Below, one piece after another: positions 63,401 to 64,000 of a stretch of DNA of 64,000 bases. The stretch is from Subdoligranulum variabile (GTDB lineage Bacteria > Bacillota > Clostridia > Oscillospirales > Ruminococcaceae). Made by a program: the position numbers and the translations under genes. The first letter of the stretch is position 1; each line of letters opens with the position of its first letter. The notes under the pieces were generated by a model, which was given only the letters and a program-made list of their open reading frames with translations, ran no database searches and was not told the origin of the DNA. Location of the stretch: contig SFKI01000010.1 of assembly GCA_004554775.1 (NCBI GenBank), positions 23,184 through 87,183 of the forward strand, written 5' to 3'.

Positions 63401-64000
63401 CTATTCCACCACAAACTTCGACCTTTCGGCCAATAACTATGTGGGCGGCGTCATTGGTACGCAGCAGAACCGCACCGGCGATTTGTGGACGCTGAAAAAC
63501 TGTGTCAACCTTGGTACGGTGTTCAACAGCCGTTCCAATAACGTGGGCGGCGTGCTGGCCTACTGGCTGGGCTACGGCGGTACGCTGGATAACTGCTTCA
63601 ACTTTGGCACTATTGCTACCAACTCCAATAACGGTAAAGACTCCGGCACCGTCGGTGGTGTGGCGGGTTATTTCAACAGCCCGGTTGCCGGTACTGCGGT
63701 CAATCTGTACAAATGCCGGAACTACGGCAGCGTGCGCATCGTGACCAATGGTGCCAACGATGTTGGCGGTATCTTTGGCAAGGTGCAGATGCAAAAGAAA
63801 GACGATGCCATGACCATCAACATTGTTGAGTGCGCCACCGGTTCCAATGTGAAACTGCGCGCAAACAGCATGGCCGTCGGTATTTTCTCTTATATTGGCC
63901 CGTATGAGGTCATCCCCAATGTCGAAGTCAATATTGACCGCTGCCGCAACTATTGCTATAACTTGGATTGTGGTAATATCACGGCAGGTATCTTCGGCAA
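57423..64000 (+). CDS. Giant modular type IV pilin-like protein: prepilin N-terminus fused to more than 2000 aa of GLUG-like repeats (3' end beyond window)
   Basis: ATG at 57423. The N-terminus is MRAAGG/FTLVELMVVLVILAILAGLGGAGLIAY (G-1, F+1, E+5). The frame stays open to 64000 (2192 codons). I translated 57960-58920 and 63780-64000 codon by codon and found no stops. The ORF is absent from the track because it has no stop. Repeats are of the form xVGG(I/L/F/V)(A/V)Gxxx-G-x-(I/V). Confidence 0.85.
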   Translation, partial: MRAAGGFTLVELMVVLVILAILAGLGGAGLIAYTRLARFEHNEANARTVFQTAQIALTRKDTGGDMDDFLKQLAANGTQNGHFTAEGLQAQYPTGAEDKAKELNGRIVALYYDKDAPDTAASQQVHALLDPYVYDESLFNASIVLEIDSLTGQVYSAFYDTASAKMRFSADGDTDGATLVDDRSYTHRREASLVGYYSAEDTVNVVTLSQTRLKVKNPQLINNETLTLNWSGNSRYNDLDTIYDAEFYSTTSGDTPLLKLEIEWSKVAGYDQNARIKVYKQYNAATQTWTDSGETYCFPLSYSKGRFILTLDAMCDATLLRAAENDQTAAKTTLFSITRLVSGAQDIYVKMKARPNDAFADACTESKEAQSNTENTLFAAGSTGTNAALKYFRHLYNLRWVNSGTYTWNDGTLPPNAATTLDWTDGSVTVYCAGEKKNESGLTEPVAKVPSRTGEVVAWPTIPAVGENVTLTGSVNSLKIGGGHVIISNLQLRGTSVAAQERSSGLDYRKRDHYVGLIGENSGTLSKITLRDPDVQVNAEVVANGQQLPDAMPIDADGTRYLQPLAEKDTAYRAQIYAVGALAGVDTGSVTDCTVDRSRRRGAEAKVTAALTFGSQTTSTARINGTNITDEPHGMGGLVGFAMPAGGAALSDLTLDKNVTVAGLFTDADAAKNSGATAKISTDAAEKARYNAITDTTATKTLWRAVGVGGVAGVLDVTNLTGTNGAVSTLTGITNQATVVGNGFAGGIAGNLYATGDRPATLTKLNNAGTVRAGANYQGGTAQKSTVLGQFFGGIAGCASNLQLQSCTSATRSGLSTAALTSLVRAGYDADGTLNEESPLKGDFVGGLVGFGRDIALTDCRTESGHVLGRSFVGGFVGGFVGSDLQTSGGENNSYVFGNRYVGGIVSVNGKNSTIKNMTNKGLVAGLGKGAAYVGGIAGVNDATWGLLENDELTRKIAATLQDSANSMSTVEATDKNRIDLLNQLSQTADGTEYYADFVGGVAGYNGTNAKILWTAESENGATLGAVLYGNNFVGGVAGCNAPTASIVNEHTTTPNVTGTIVATGDCVGGAIGLNGAASLPAVQVSANKMEGVHFVGGVIGANLPQNRFGFDNADGTAAPAATIGTGSLVADGVAGGIIGYNRVVPDNTLQTALAAENTAIADALRALLPTFDDTTHALAEDGLTSAGTPVTLTRLSNRLNIKANAYVGGIIGYNAAGTSLTLTNAVNGSQSSAQSYGGLARSDPADAANGGAYIFYNGVPLGALDPGCSGYFAGGIIGYATKNTTLQNCTNYGSVQHPVAAGGLAGVNDGTISGGSMQNSMGSQQENYRYLGGIAGINNGSITNAAPAAGVTIRGGTNIGGAAGYNTGTIRLTEATGRVDGITAVGGVAGYNVGTIVGNGVGSKAAVQVSGTSQVGGIAGVNGTTGRISTRSIDEKITLTSATSVTANNEGGGAAGRNEGTICNVTNEAGRVHVDNQYMGGLAGRNYGTIEDSNYYNNSTSTDTLYAGGGYAGGITGCNEAGATIDSVGIGGHVTAANGEAGGVTAHNYGHINRAALLHVYVHSTSSAIGGVAAVNEYAPDATRNPQDAVIEDVTLRSDDYGVTLYGPATKVGGLVGYNAGTVKNGKVEAKTLDFSHLTATANTVTAGGAVGENVGTVGAVTVETDLTQNMDKYCSLGGVVGSNSGALVQCTYQGAIGDGSGINVVGSTVGGIAGSNNGTVQGCTVNHITLHVQGASNVGASQDAATKMANAAHIGGIVGRNSGKFENSLIATDSTRSTITAHGGFVGGVAGSNSGSITTSGGKDTKALVQQINDWLAVPYKKDADGTTTTEVDTAARNANLNAMVRVLTNATYTGDAGSKPQATQSADEAALVTKFKALQGVDEVSKSNTKNQLKITLKGGDTRGSFANGYLGGITGFNDVTGQISDSASGQWFVYADNINQSWGAVGGIIGQNESNADSTSGLVNLAAVRRFVRGTQNTPDDDTNASNDRYSTTNFDLSANNYVGGVIGTQQNRTGDLWTLKNCVNLGTVFNSRSNNVGGVLAYWLGYGGTLDNCFNFGTIATNSNNGKDSGTVGGVAGYFNSPVAGTAVNLYKCRNYGSVRIVTNGANDVGGIFGKVQMQKKDDAMTINIVECATGSNVKLRANSMAVGIFSYIGPYEVIPNVEVNIDRCRNYCYNLDCGNITAGIFG

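Noticed and set aside
58854-63794. A 1646-aa ORF on the minus strand, the longest in the track.
   Set aside because: It is antisense to the unterminated plus-strand pilin/GLUG ORF. Its composition (runs of A, G, R, V, H, D, for example AAHGAPALVDIV) is the typical mirror image of a high-GC repeat gene. It has no RBS or start context. The plus-strand frame has a canonical prepilin start, promoter and coherent repeats.

Overview
High-GC (about 60%) Firmicutes/Clostridia-type chromosomal segment. An Oscillospiraceae-like origin is inference from gene content and style only. About half is ordinary housekeeping: thrS with a Thr T-box leader, a polar amino-acid ABC transporter, ptsH-ptsI, split transketolase, lrgAB, cardiolipin synthase, an NdpA-like nucleoid protein, a uracil permease, an ArsR/HMA/P1B-ATPase metal efflux operon, prfC and a YitT-family protein.

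Four things stand out:
1. A translationally coupled operon on the minus strand (11024-15649). It encodes a radical SAM/SPASM enzyme, a signal-peptide/TM protein with a Cys-Ala repeat cytoplasmic tail, and a tandem AAA+ (SpoVK/CbbX-like) ATPase.
2. An integrase-less siphovirus-type head-tail-lysis module of about 18 kb (about 31.2-49.7 kb). It has a truncated small terminase and no recognisable protease or scaffold.
3. A type IV pilus cluster (pilD-pilC-pilM-pilN-pilO-pilB). Its pilT is a deletion and stop-codon pseudogene. It faces a divergently transcribed, unterminated ORF of at least 2192 codons, absent from the ORF track, that begins with a canonical prepilin signal and continues into GLUG-like repeats.
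4. A pervasive family of modular, hairpin-rich intergenic mosaic repeats. They combine GTAG-prefixed REP-like palindromes with terminator-like hairpins that keep a fixed ACCTTGC loop over covarying stems. They fill at least 15 intergenic sites (about 5 kb, roughly 8% of the window by my manual tally), including sites inside operons and inside the phage module.

Many very long ORFs in the track are antisense shadow ORFs of the real genes. All coordinates for repeats and promoters are hand-derived and approximate.
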